A stretch of 64,000 nt of DNA. Origin: Sphingobacteriia bacterium. Its GTDB lineage: Bacteria; Bacteroidota; Bacteroidia; Chitinophagales; Chitinophagaceae. The notes under the pieces are model-generated. The model searched no databases and had not been told where the DNA came from. It saw nothing but the letters and a program-made list of their open reading frames with translations. How positions within the stretch are numbered: position 1 is the stretch's first letter; every line of letters begins with the position of its first letter. A program made the translations under genes and the position numbers. Location: contig JANOQC010000116.1 of NCBI GenBank assembly GCA_031422175.1, positions 2,932 through 66,931 on the forward strand. The letters run 5' to 3'. This document shows, piece by piece, positions 56,679-64,000 of this stretch.

Positions 56679-58010
56679 TCAAAATATTTTTTTGATCCAA
56701 AAATTTTCAAAACTATAATACACGTAATTCATGCCGGATTCGTCGGGAGCCATAAATAATTCCCTATTGTCAATTCTAATTTGGTTATACAAAGAAATTG
56801 CCGCTTGCGGTGGGCAAACGGTATTTTTTAAATTGTGTCCGAACAAAACCTTACACCTTATATTGGATGCAAAGTTTACTGGATCATAATAATCCCAATT
56901 TCTAAAAAGTCCTTCTTTGTTTAATCGATTTCTTGGATTAGAAATATAGGCTTGAAAATTTTTTACTGGCCATGGTGTTGCTTTTTGAGACTCTGCCAAT
57001 AAGAAAAGTGAGCGCATATCTGTATAAACGGGTCTTTCAATTATACAACCTTGTGGGCGTGGATCCATTGAAGCAACAACTGCGGCCAAGGATCCGCCTT
57101 GCCCCGACCCTTTTACAATTACGTTTTTAATGTCTAATTTTAAATGCTCGTGCCGATAAATAAACTCCAATCCCCGAAGTGCGTCCATATAAACGCCCCT
57201 GTATATATATTTATATTTATCGTTTAGGTTTATAATATTGAATGTATTAAAATCTGCATTGGTGTTGTCTTTGCTATTGCCATGACCTCGCACATTTAAT
57301 CGGAATACGGCCATGTCTTTTCTTAGAGAATCGGGTCTTAGTTCTTCTAAATATCCCGGCAATTGATACAACACTTTATACCTTCCTTTGTCTTTCGGAA
57401 CAGACAGCCATCCTCTTATAGTTTGAAGGTCGAGTGATTGAAACTCTACCAAAAACACATCTACTTCTCTGGTACTTTGATCACCTCTTCTGGTGACCCT
57501 GAATTTTGGATCAATATTAATGAGGTCTCTTTTAGCATCATCCCAAAATTGATCGAAATCCGGTGGGCGATTAACATTTGAATAAATTTTCTCAGGATCT
57601 ACCCCATAACCATAATACAATGTGTCTATATACCTGTTTGCTGCAACAATTAACCTTAGCTCATAAAAACCAGGAACGGTTAAATTGTTTTCTAATTTAA
57701 GATCATAGGCATAGCCCCTGTTTGCGTCTATAGTGAAGCCAATATCTTGGTTGAAGGTTTGTTCGCCTTTATAATTTCTTACTTCTGCCTTTATATTCCC
57801 CCTTATTTTTTCACCCGTGTTGTTTTTTAAACGCAGATCATAGCCAACTTTATCGTCATTTCTAAAAATAGCTTCTTTCTTGAATGGGATAATATTATAA
57901 GATATTCCTTTTTGTGCAAAGCATATTTTACCGGTACTCAAAAAGAAGAGCAGTAAACAGCAAACTAAAGCACTGTTCATTAGAGAATGTTTGGGTACCC
58001 AAGAGATCAT
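56679..58010 (-). CDS. secreted CE7/AXE1-like protein with one Ig-like repeat; predicted catalytically inactive paralog
   Basis: AXE1 landmarks are retained: PPDFDQFW, IRGWLSVPK, YRGVYMD and TVCPPQAAISLYN. However GGSQG reads GSGQG (Ser to Gly), the Asp reads Asn (LKNTVCPP), and GHE is absent with no His in the last ~50 residues. An alternative start is the ATG at 57980. Confidence 0.7.
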   Translation of the reverse strand: MISWVPKHSLMNSALVCCLLLFFLSTGKICFAQKGISYNIIPFKKEAIFRNDDKVGYDLRLKNNTGEKIRGNIKAEVRNYKGEQTFNQDIGFTIDANRGYAYDLKLENNLTVPGFYELRLIVAANRYIDTLYYGYGVDPEKIYSNVNRPPDFDQFWDDAKRDLINIDPKFRVTRRGDQSTREVDVFLVEFQSLDLQTIRGWLSVPKDKGRYKVLYQLPGYLEELRPDSLRKDMAVFRLNVRGHGNSKDNTNADFNTFNIINLNDKYKYIYRGVYMDALRGLEFIYRHEHLKLDIKNVIVKGSGQGGSLAAVVASMDPRPQGCIIERPVYTDMRSLFLLAESQKATPWPVKNFQAYISNPRNRLNKEGLFRNWDYYDPVNFASNIRCKVLFGHNLKNTVCPPQAAISLYNQIRIDNRELFMAPDESGMNYVYYSFENFWIKKIF

Positions 58011-58101
58011 ATGGATGGATATATTAATAGGTAAAACGTATTTGGGTGGGTTAATAGTATATGGATAACAATTATTTTATACCTGTAGCCAGCATCTGTT
58101 T

Positions 58102-58132
58102 AAAAAAGAAACCCCGACAAAATTTGCCGGGG
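58102..58132 (-). terminator. Rho-independent terminator after recA
   Basis: The minus strand reads CCCCGGCAA-attt-TTGTCGGGG (one mismatch) followed by TTTCTTTTTT. Confidence 0.75.
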
Positions 58133-58172
58133 CTCATTACTAACCCATCAAAAAAAACTATTTAAAAGGCTT

Positions 58173-59225
58173 TTATTGTGCCTCCACTGTTGCTGGTGCT
58201 TCTACAACTAGTTTCGCCCTAATTTTTGCTTCAATTTCATTGGCTAAATCTGGATTGTCGTGTAATAGGGTTTTCACCGAATCTCTACCCTGGCCAAGTT
58301 TATTGGTATCATAACTGAACCAGCTGCCATTTTTTTGAACAATGCCTAGTTCTACACCCATATCTATAATTTCTCCTACTTTGCTAATTCCTTCTCCGAA
58401 CACCAGGTCAAACTCTGCAGCCCTAAATGGAGGGGCTACTTTGTTTTTCACCACTTTTACTTTTACTCGATTGCCTATTGCCGCATCACCGTCTTTTATT
58501 TGCGTCATTCTTCTGATATCCAGGCGAACAGAAGCATAAAACTTCAATGCATTACCTCCGGTTGTTGTTTCGGGATTGCCGAACATAACCCCAATTTTCT
58601 CCCTTAGTTGGTTAATAAATATACAAATGGTATTTGTTTTATTAATAGTAGCTGTGAGTTTACGCATGGCTTGGCTCATTAATCGAGCATGTAAGCCCAT
58701 CTTACTGTCTCCCATTTCTCCCTCTAATTCACTCTTAGGAACCAAAGCGGCAACAGAATCAATAACTACTACATCAATTGCTCCCGATAAAATTAAACGG
58801 TCGGCAATTTCTAGCGCTTGTTCTCCATAATCGGGTTGCGATATCAATAAATTGTCTACATCTACCCCAAGTCTTTTTGCATATACACTATCAAAGGCGT
58901 GTTCCGCATCAATTATTGCACATATTCCTCCTTTTTTCTGGGCTTCTGCAATTACATGTATGGCTATGGTAGTTTTACCAGAAGATTCTGGTCCGTAAAT
59001 TTCTATAATTCTTCCTTTTGGTAATCCGCCTATACCCAATGCGGTATCCAGGCCAATCGAACCAGTTGAAATTACTTCCATGGGGGCCACACTCTTTTCG
59101 TTCATCATCATAACACTTCCCTTTCCGTAGTCTTTGTCGATCTTGTCGATCGTTAGCTTTAAGGCTTTTAGTTTTTCTGCATTTTGTTTTTCTACATTGC
59201 TCATGTTGGTCAATTTATTGGTCAA
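58173..59225 (-). CDS. recA: recombinase RecA
   Basis: Walker [10 protein letters not shown], with L1/L2 loops and the full RecA core. The start may be the internal ATG at 59204. Confidence 0.95.
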   Translation of the reverse strand: MTNKLTNMSNVEKQNAEKLKALKLTIDKIDKDYGKGSVMMMNEKSVAPMEVISTGSIGLDTALGIGGLPKGRIIEIYGPESSGKTTIAIHVIAEAQKKGGICAIIDAEHAFDSVYAKRLGVDVDNLLISQPDYGEQALEIADRLILSGAIDVVVIDSVAALVPKSELEGEMGDSKMGLHARLMSQAMRKLTATINKTNTICIFINQLREKIGVMFGNPETTTGGNALKFYASVRLDIRRMTQIKDGDAAIGNRVKVKVVKNKVAPPFRAAEFDLVFGEGISKVGEIIDMGVELGIVQKNGSWFSYDTNKLGQGRDSVKTLLHDNPDLANEIEAKIRAKLVVEAPATVEAQ

Positions 59226-59326
59226 ATTTAAATGTGGTGTAAAACTAAGCGTTTTTTCTTATTAACACTAATATTTTTAGTATTTATTTACTAACGCATT
59301 TAGTTTTTTAATTATTGTGCTAAAAT

Positions 59327-59357
59327 AATACGCTATCTTTTTATTTGATAGCGTATT
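59327..59357 (-). terminator. Terminator-like hairpin after ggt
   Basis: Perfect 11-bp stem AATACGCTATC-n9-GATAGCGTATT. The minus-strand downstream sequence is moderately U-rich. Confidence 0.5.
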
Positions 59358-59388
59358 AATACTAGTAATAATTACTTTTTAACGGATT

Positions 59389-61281
59389 TTACCAGCCTAT
59401 ACCATAATCTTCTCCATTATTAGAAGAGCCACCCCAAATAGATCCATGTTTTCTATCCAAAAAAATGGCGTTGATCGGGCCACTTGTGCGATCTCCAAAA
59501 CTCAACCTATAGCCCATTTTCTTTAGTGCTTCTTTAGTGGTTTCGGGTGTTTTATTAGATAACAACAAGCCTCCTGGTCTTGGTCTGCGGTCGCTTATTT
59601 TAGTGCCGCCCAAAGACAACCACAATTGGTTGGAATTGATGTTGGCCGCCTCTGATGCCTGTTGTACGGTCATTCCAAAATCGTTCATATTTAAAAAGAA
59701 TTGAAGCAGGTTTTGATCCTGTGTATCTCCCCCCTGCACGGCAAAAGACAGATAGGGTTTTCCTTCTTTTAGGGCCATGGATGGGGTTAATGTAACCCTA
59801 GGGCGTTTGCCCGGTTCAACTACATTGAATGGACTTAAGTTGGCGTCCAATACAAAACTTTGCATGCGTTGGCTCATACCCACGCCCGTATTACCCGCTA
59901 TACATGCGGGCAACCATCCGCCACTTGGCGTAATAGAAACTACCCAACCCTCTTTATCGGCTGCTTCTACGCTTGTGGTTCCTCTCCACAAACGATCCAT
60001 ATATTCTTCTTTTTCTAACATAGCTGTTGCGCTGCTATCATGAGCAGGAACAAAATTTCTTTTTGTCAAACTATCACTATTTTTATTCCATCTTTTAATT
60101 TGTTCTGTGTAGGGATTCTTGCCGCCTTCAAATGCATAAGGATCACCAGGACCAAAATCAGGAACATTTTTTTCTGGATTGATAAGCAAAGCGCGTTGTT
60201 TGGCGTATTCCTTACTTAGTAAGCCTTTCATGGGTTGTTGTTCTTTTGCGTATGCGGGATCTCCATAATAAAAATCACGATCTGCAAAAGTCAAGCTCAT
60301 GGTTTGATATACCGTGTTAATATATTGAGGAGAGTTGTAGCCCATCTTTTTTAAGTCGAAATTTTCTAAAATATTCAAAGACTGTAAAAGGGTTGGCCCT
60401 TGTGTCCATTGAGATAATTTAAATACATCAACTCCTTTGTAGTTTACTTTCATGGGTTCTTCTTCTTTCACTTTCCAATTTGCTAAATCTGCTTTGGTAA
60501 TTAAGCCGCCTTGTTCTTGGCATCCTCTCACAAACTCATCTGCAATATCTCCTTTATAAAAACGGTCGTAAGCGGCTTGTATAGCCGCTTTTCGTGTTTT
60601 TTTGTTTTTAATGGCGTTTTTTTCTGCTTCAACCAATTTGGTAAGCGTGTTCAAGAGGTCTTGCTGTACAAATATTTCTCCCGCTTCCGGTGCTTCTCTT
60701 TTTTCTCCCTCGTGTGTAAGAAAAACTTTTTCGCTATAGGGCCATTGTTTAATTCGCTCTTTTCCTCTTTCAATACTATTGGCGGTTTGCGCATCTAGTG
60801 GATATCCTGCCGCCAATTGCATAGCGGGTGCCAATACTTGTTGCAAACTCATTGTACCATATTCGGCCAGCATATGACAAATTCCTCCTACGGTTCCTGG
60901 TGTAATCGCTGCTAATGGACCATATTCTGGAGGGAAATTATAACCCTTGCTTTTAAAAAAATCGGCTGTTGCTCCTGTTGGTGCAACACCCAATGCATTG
61001 ATTCCAATTACTTTTCCTGTTTTTGGATTGTATATAAGGGCCTGTGTTTCTCCGCCCCAACTCAATACGTCCCACATGGTGCATGTAGCTGCAAGCATTG
61101 CTACTGCCGCATCTACGGCATTGCCTCCTTGTTGAAACACAATAGAGCCTGCAGTTGCGGCCAACGGTTTACCGGTGATGGCCATCCAGTTTTTTCCATG
61201 CAAGGGTGGTTTTTGGGTGGGCTGTGCGTTTGCACTAAAAAAGCATAAAAGGGTTGTTAAAAATAAAATTGGTTTTCTCAT
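59389..61281 (-). CDS. ggt: secreted gamma-glutamyltransferase family protein
   Basis: 630 aa with a signal peptide. The autoprocessing Thr context is WRGTTSVEA, and a GGD/GGS.N.G C-terminal motif is present. Confidence 0.8.
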   Translation of the reverse strand: MRKPILFLTTLLCFFSANAQPTQKPPLHGKNWMAITGKPLAATAGSIVFQQGGNAVDAAVAMLAATCTMWDVLSWGGETQALIYNPKTGKVIGINALGVAPTGATADFFKSKGYNFPPEYGPLAAITPGTVGGICHMLAEYGTMSLQQVLAPAMQLAAGYPLDAQTANSIERGKERIKQWPYSEKVFLTHEGEKREAPEAGEIFVQQDLLNTLTKLVEAEKNAIKNKKTRKAAIQAAYDRFYKGDIADEFVRGCQEQGGLITKADLANWKVKEEEPMKVNYKGVDVFKLSQWTQGPTLLQSLNILENFDLKKMGYNSPQYINTVYQTMSLTFADRDFYYGDPAYAKEQQPMKGLLSKEYAKQRALLINPEKNVPDFGPGDPYAFEGGKNPYTEQIKRWNKNSDSLTKRNFVPAHDSSATAMLEKEEYMDRLWRGTTSVEAADKEGWVVSITPSGGWLPACIAGNTGVGMSQRMQSFVLDANLSPFNVVEPGKRPRVTLTPSMALKEGKPYLSFAVQGGDTQDQNLLQFFLNMNDFGMTVQQASEAANINSNQLWLSLGGTKISDRRPRPGGLLLSNKTPETTKEALKKMGYRLSFGDRTSGPINAIFLDRKHGSIWGGSSNNGEDYGIGW

Positions 61282-61439
61282 GTTTTTACTTTGAGCGGTT
61301 AATTTACGGCATATATTTTTTCATGCTACTATTTCTTGTATGAATGGGTGGGCGAGTTGGTTTTTGCTTTAAATAATCGCTCACTTTCTTCGAAATAAAT
61401 TTTTTCATGCTTTCCCAAGTTTGCTTATTTTGTTTTGTT

Positions 61440-62618
61440 CTATTTAATTTCATTGGCTTTCAACACCCTTAAAAAATTTCCGCCCAAGATTTTATTGATG
61501 TCTTTTTTTGAATATCCTTTTTCTAAAAGCGCTTTAGTAATTAAAGGATAATCAGTAACATCTTCTAATTCTCTGGGTGCAGAGGTAATGCCATCAAAAT
61601 CAGATCCCATACCAACATGGTCTACTCCTACTAATTGAACAATATGATCTAAGTGATTCAATAATACACTCAACGAGGGACGGTTTGCGTTTGCTTCTGC
61701 TGCATACTTGGTGGTTAATAAACTCATCGCATATTCTTGCTGCAGGCCTGTTTTCTTTAATGAGTCTAATTCATTCATATGCGATAAAAAAAACTGCGCT
61801 TCTTTTTTCTTGAATGTGCTGTCTATAAAACCAGAATAAAAATTGAGTTGAATTACGCCACCGTTTTTTCCAACAGCTTTAATTTGATCGTCTTTTAAAT
61901 TTCTAAATATGGGACAAATAGAATAACAATTGCTATGCGAAACCAATACGGGTTTTGTGGTGGTGGCAATAGCATCCCAAAACGTTTTTTCTCCTACATG
62001 AGACAAATCCACCAACATGCCCAATTGATTCATGCGTTGCACAACTTGCTTGCCAAATTCATTCAATCCCAATGTTCGTTGGGTTTTTAGCTCCGAGCTA
62101 GCCGTTGATTCAAACATGGCTGATGTGGCCCAGCTAGTAGAATTATTCCAAGTAAGGGTCATATATCTTACTCCTCTTTCATACAATTTATTAAGGTTGT
62201 CTAAATTGTCTTCCATCATGTGTCCGCCCTCAAGGCCAAACATGGCTGCTATTTTTTTTTGTTTTACAACCGCCGTTGCTTCGGAAACATTTTTTACAAT
62301 CGTAATTTTATCGGGGTTTCTTTCTGCAACAGCATAGAGGGTATCGATCTCTCTATTGGCCCATTGGTAGGGTGCTTTTTTATCTCCATCAGACCAAACC
62401 GAAAATAATTGTATATCAACCCCAGCTTCTTTAAATCTTTTAAGATCAGAATGTGTTTTGCCTTTCAGATCTCGGTCTATTTGAAGATTCTTTTCTATGG
62501 AGGCGGTTAGAATATCGTTGTGGGAATCTACCATAATGGACTTGTAATGAACCCTCTTATAGTTTTGTGCGTTGAGGGTTAAAGAAGAAAAAAACAGTAA
62601 TGCAAAAATCGTTTTCAT
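61440..62618 (-). CDS. secreted M19 membrane-type dipeptidase
   Basis: Signal peptide, with VDSHNDI (HxD), FGLEGG, DLSHV, VSHSN and GSDFDG metal-site motifs. Confidence 0.85.
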   Translation of the reverse strand: MKTIFALLFFSSLTLNAQNYKRVHYKSIMVDSHNDILTASIEKNLQIDRDLKGKTHSDLKRFKEAGVDIQLFSVWSDGDKKAPYQWANREIDTLYAVAERNPDKITIVKNVSEATAVVKQKKIAAMFGLEGGHMMEDNLDNLNKLYERGVRYMTLTWNNSTSWATSAMFESTASSELKTQRTLGLNEFGKQVVQRMNQLGMLVDLSHVGEKTFWDAIATTTKPVLVSHSNCYSICPIFRNLKDDQIKAVGKNGGVIQLNFYSGFIDSTFKKKEAQFFLSHMNELDSLKKTGLQQEYAMSLLTTKYAAEANANRPSLSVLLNHLDHIVQLVGVDHVGMGSDFDGITSAPRELEDVTDYPLITKALLEKGYSKKDINKILGGNFLRVLKANEIK

Positions 62619-62687
62619 GCTGAAGCTTTGAACTAAAGCTAATTAAATTGTACATTCGAAAACCCATTAATTTTCAAATTTGTATTT

Positions 62688-63152
62688 ATGCCAGCATATA
62701 AATTAAACGTAAACGGCAAAGATGCAACGGTAACCGTTCCGGCAGATATGCCATTGCTTTGGACGCTTAGAGATACATTGGATTTAACCGGAACCAAATA
62801 TGGTTGTGGTGTAGGGTCTTGTGGATCTTGCACGGTGTTGATTGATGGAGGGGCCGTTAAGTCCTGTCTATACACCGCAGCCGCAGCTGTAGGGAAAAAA
62901 ATTACCACCATCGAGGGTTTGAGTGAAGATGCCAGTCACCCCATTCAACAAGCTTGGATAGCGCTGAATGTTCCTCAATGTGGATATTGTCAGTCTGGTC
63001 AAATTATGACCACCGCTGCATTATTAAAAACCACACCCAACCCTACAGATGCACAAATTGACATTGCCATGGAGGGGGTTGTTTGTAGGTGTGGAACGTA
63101 TGCAAGAATTAGAAAAGCTATTCATAAAGCAGCCGAACTCAGCAAAAAATAA
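62688..63152 (+). CDS. (2Fe-2S)-binding small subunit of a molybdenum hydroxylase (IorA-like)
   Basis: [11 protein letters not shown] (plant-type cluster) and CGYCQSG ... CRCG (second cluster). Confidence 0.9.
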   Translation: MPAYKLNVNGKDATVTVPADMPLLWTLRDTLDLTGTKYGCGVGSCGSCTVLIDGGAVKSCLYTAAAAVGKKITTIEGLSEDASHPIQQAWIALNVPQCGYCQSGQIMTTAALLKTTPNPTDAQIDIAMEGVVCRCGTYARIRKAIHKAAELSKK

Positions 63153-63158
63153 AACATC

Positions 63159-64000
63159 ATGCGAAGAAGAGATTTTATAAAACTTAATTCATTTATTTCT
63201 GGTGGTTGGGTATTGGCTCAACTAATTCCGATTAAAGGATTTTCTGCAGCAACTACAGATTGTTTTCAGCCGAGTCCTTTAATTAAATTGTGCTCAGACG
63301 GAAAAATTGTTGTTTATGTAATGAAACAGGAAATGGGTCAGGGTGTGCAAACATCTCTTCCTATGATTCTTGCAGAAGAGCTGGAAGCTTCGATGAATGA
63401 TATTATTGTGGAGGCTATGCCCTTTGATTCTAAGATGGGGGAGGCCTTTGACACAGGTGGAAGTACTAGTGTAATTGAAGCGTATTTACCGCTGCGTAAG
63501 GCGGGTGCGGCGGCGAGAGAAATGTTGATTGCAGTTGCAGCTAATGAATGGGGTGTTTCGGTTCAAGAATGTAGGGCTGAAAAAAGCAAAGTAATTAATT
63601 CGATCAATAATAAAGAGATTGCTTTTAAAGAATTAATTGGTAAAGCAGCATCTATGCCCATTCCAAAAGATCCTATTCTAAAAAACTATAAAGACTTTAA
63701 GATCATCGGAAAGGGTGGGCAAAAAAAAGCCAATATAAAGCAAATTGTAGGTGGTAAAATGATATATGGGATTGATTTAAAATTACCTGGAATGCTTTAT
63801 GCGGTTATTGTTCGTTGTCCGGTGCTTGGGGGAAAAGTAAAATCGTGGAATATTAATTCTATTGCTTCTGTTGAGGGAATAGAAAAGGTTTTTGAAATGA
63901 AAGAAATGGGGGAACAGATAGATAACCGAAGTGGTGTGGCGATTGTTGCAACAAATAGGTGGGGTGCCCTTAAAGCTCAACGCCTACTGAAAGTAGAGTG
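63159..64000 (+). CDS. molybdopterin-binding large subunit of a molybdenum hydroxylase (IorB-like), partial, Tat-type signal
   Basis: Not in the ORF track because it runs off the window. Translation from the ATG at 63159 gives MRRRDFIKLNSFISGGWVLA...MKQEMGQGVQTSLPMILAEEL...GGSTS. The frame stays open to position 64000. Confidence 0.8.
   Translation, partial: MRRRDFIKLNSFISGGWVLAQLIPIKGFSAATTDCFQPSPLIKLCSDGKIVVYVMKQEMGQGVQTSLPMILAEELEASMNDIIVEAMPFDSKMGEAFDTGGSTSVIEAYLPLRKAGAAAREMLIAVAANEWGVSVQECRAEKSKVINSINNKEIAFKELIGKAASMPIPKDPILKNYKDFKIIGKGGQKKANIKQIVGGKMIYGIDLKLPGMLYAVIVRCPVLGGKVKSWNINSIASVEGIEKVFEMKEMGEQIDNRSGVAIVATNRWGALKAQRLLKVE

Noticed and set aside
57078-57092. GGSLA (G-x-S-x-A) in the inactive esterase paralog as a shifted nucleophile elbow
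   Set aside because: It aligns with GATLG, a non-catalytic segment, in the intact paralog. The Asp and His positions are also lost, so a shifted elbow alone would not restore a triad. This needs a structural check.
62639-62911. 90-aa minus-strand ORF antisense to the 2Fe-2S subunit gene
   Set aside because: The plus-strand frame carries unmistakable ferredoxin motifs. The antisense ORF has no motif and would lack its own promoter space.
1-64000. Scan for CRISPR arrays, tRNA/rRNA genes, IS elements, integrases, reverse transcriptases and long repeats
   Set aside because: I saw no spaced direct-repeat arrays, GC-rich structured RNA-like islands in intergenic regions, or transposase/integrase/RT-like ORFs. 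The only mobile-type remnant is the XRE-RhuM pseudogene pair.

Overview
The window looks like a low-GC chromosomal segment from a member of the Bacteroidota, probably Chitinophagia or Sphingobacteriia. This rests on gene content, absent Shine-Dalgarno sequences and TAnnTTTG-type promoter boxes, and is an inference. All homology calls come from motif recognition by eye; no searches were run. Genes are densely packed and mostly housekeeping.

Recognisable genes:
- DNA metabolism: lysS, gmk, uvrD, uvrB, recA, recX, dnaN.
- Envelope: lpxD, kdsB, an LpxR-like deacylase, mtgA, two PlsC-type acyltransferases.
- Cofactors and metals: thiL, pnuC with a NadR-type kinase, NifU, corA, and a MerC-like/SCO/Fur cluster.
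- Many secreted hydrolases: M20, S41, GH5-like, GH32, amidase, GGT, M19 dipeptidase.

I found no rRNA, tRNA, CRISPR array, transposase or integrase.

Best candidate for an undescribed system: a five-gene minus-strand operon at 51943-58010. It is a tandem duplication of a secreted Ig-like + CE7/AXE1-type esterase followed by a ~275-aa putative outer-membrane barrel. An AT3 membrane O-acyltransferase sits between the two copies and is translationally coupled (TAATG) to the intact esterase. The first esterase copy has lost all three catalytic-triad residues.

Other notable points:
- A GH5-like protein lacks the nucleophile Glu and two other invariant residues.
- A decayed XRE-RhuM accessory module 3' of lysS is inactivated mainly by nonsense codons.
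- A 20-codon amphipathic mini-ORF with its own terminator lies upstream of lysS.
- A small ORF overlaps a minimal nucleotidyltransferase gene.
- A class II Fic protein is present.
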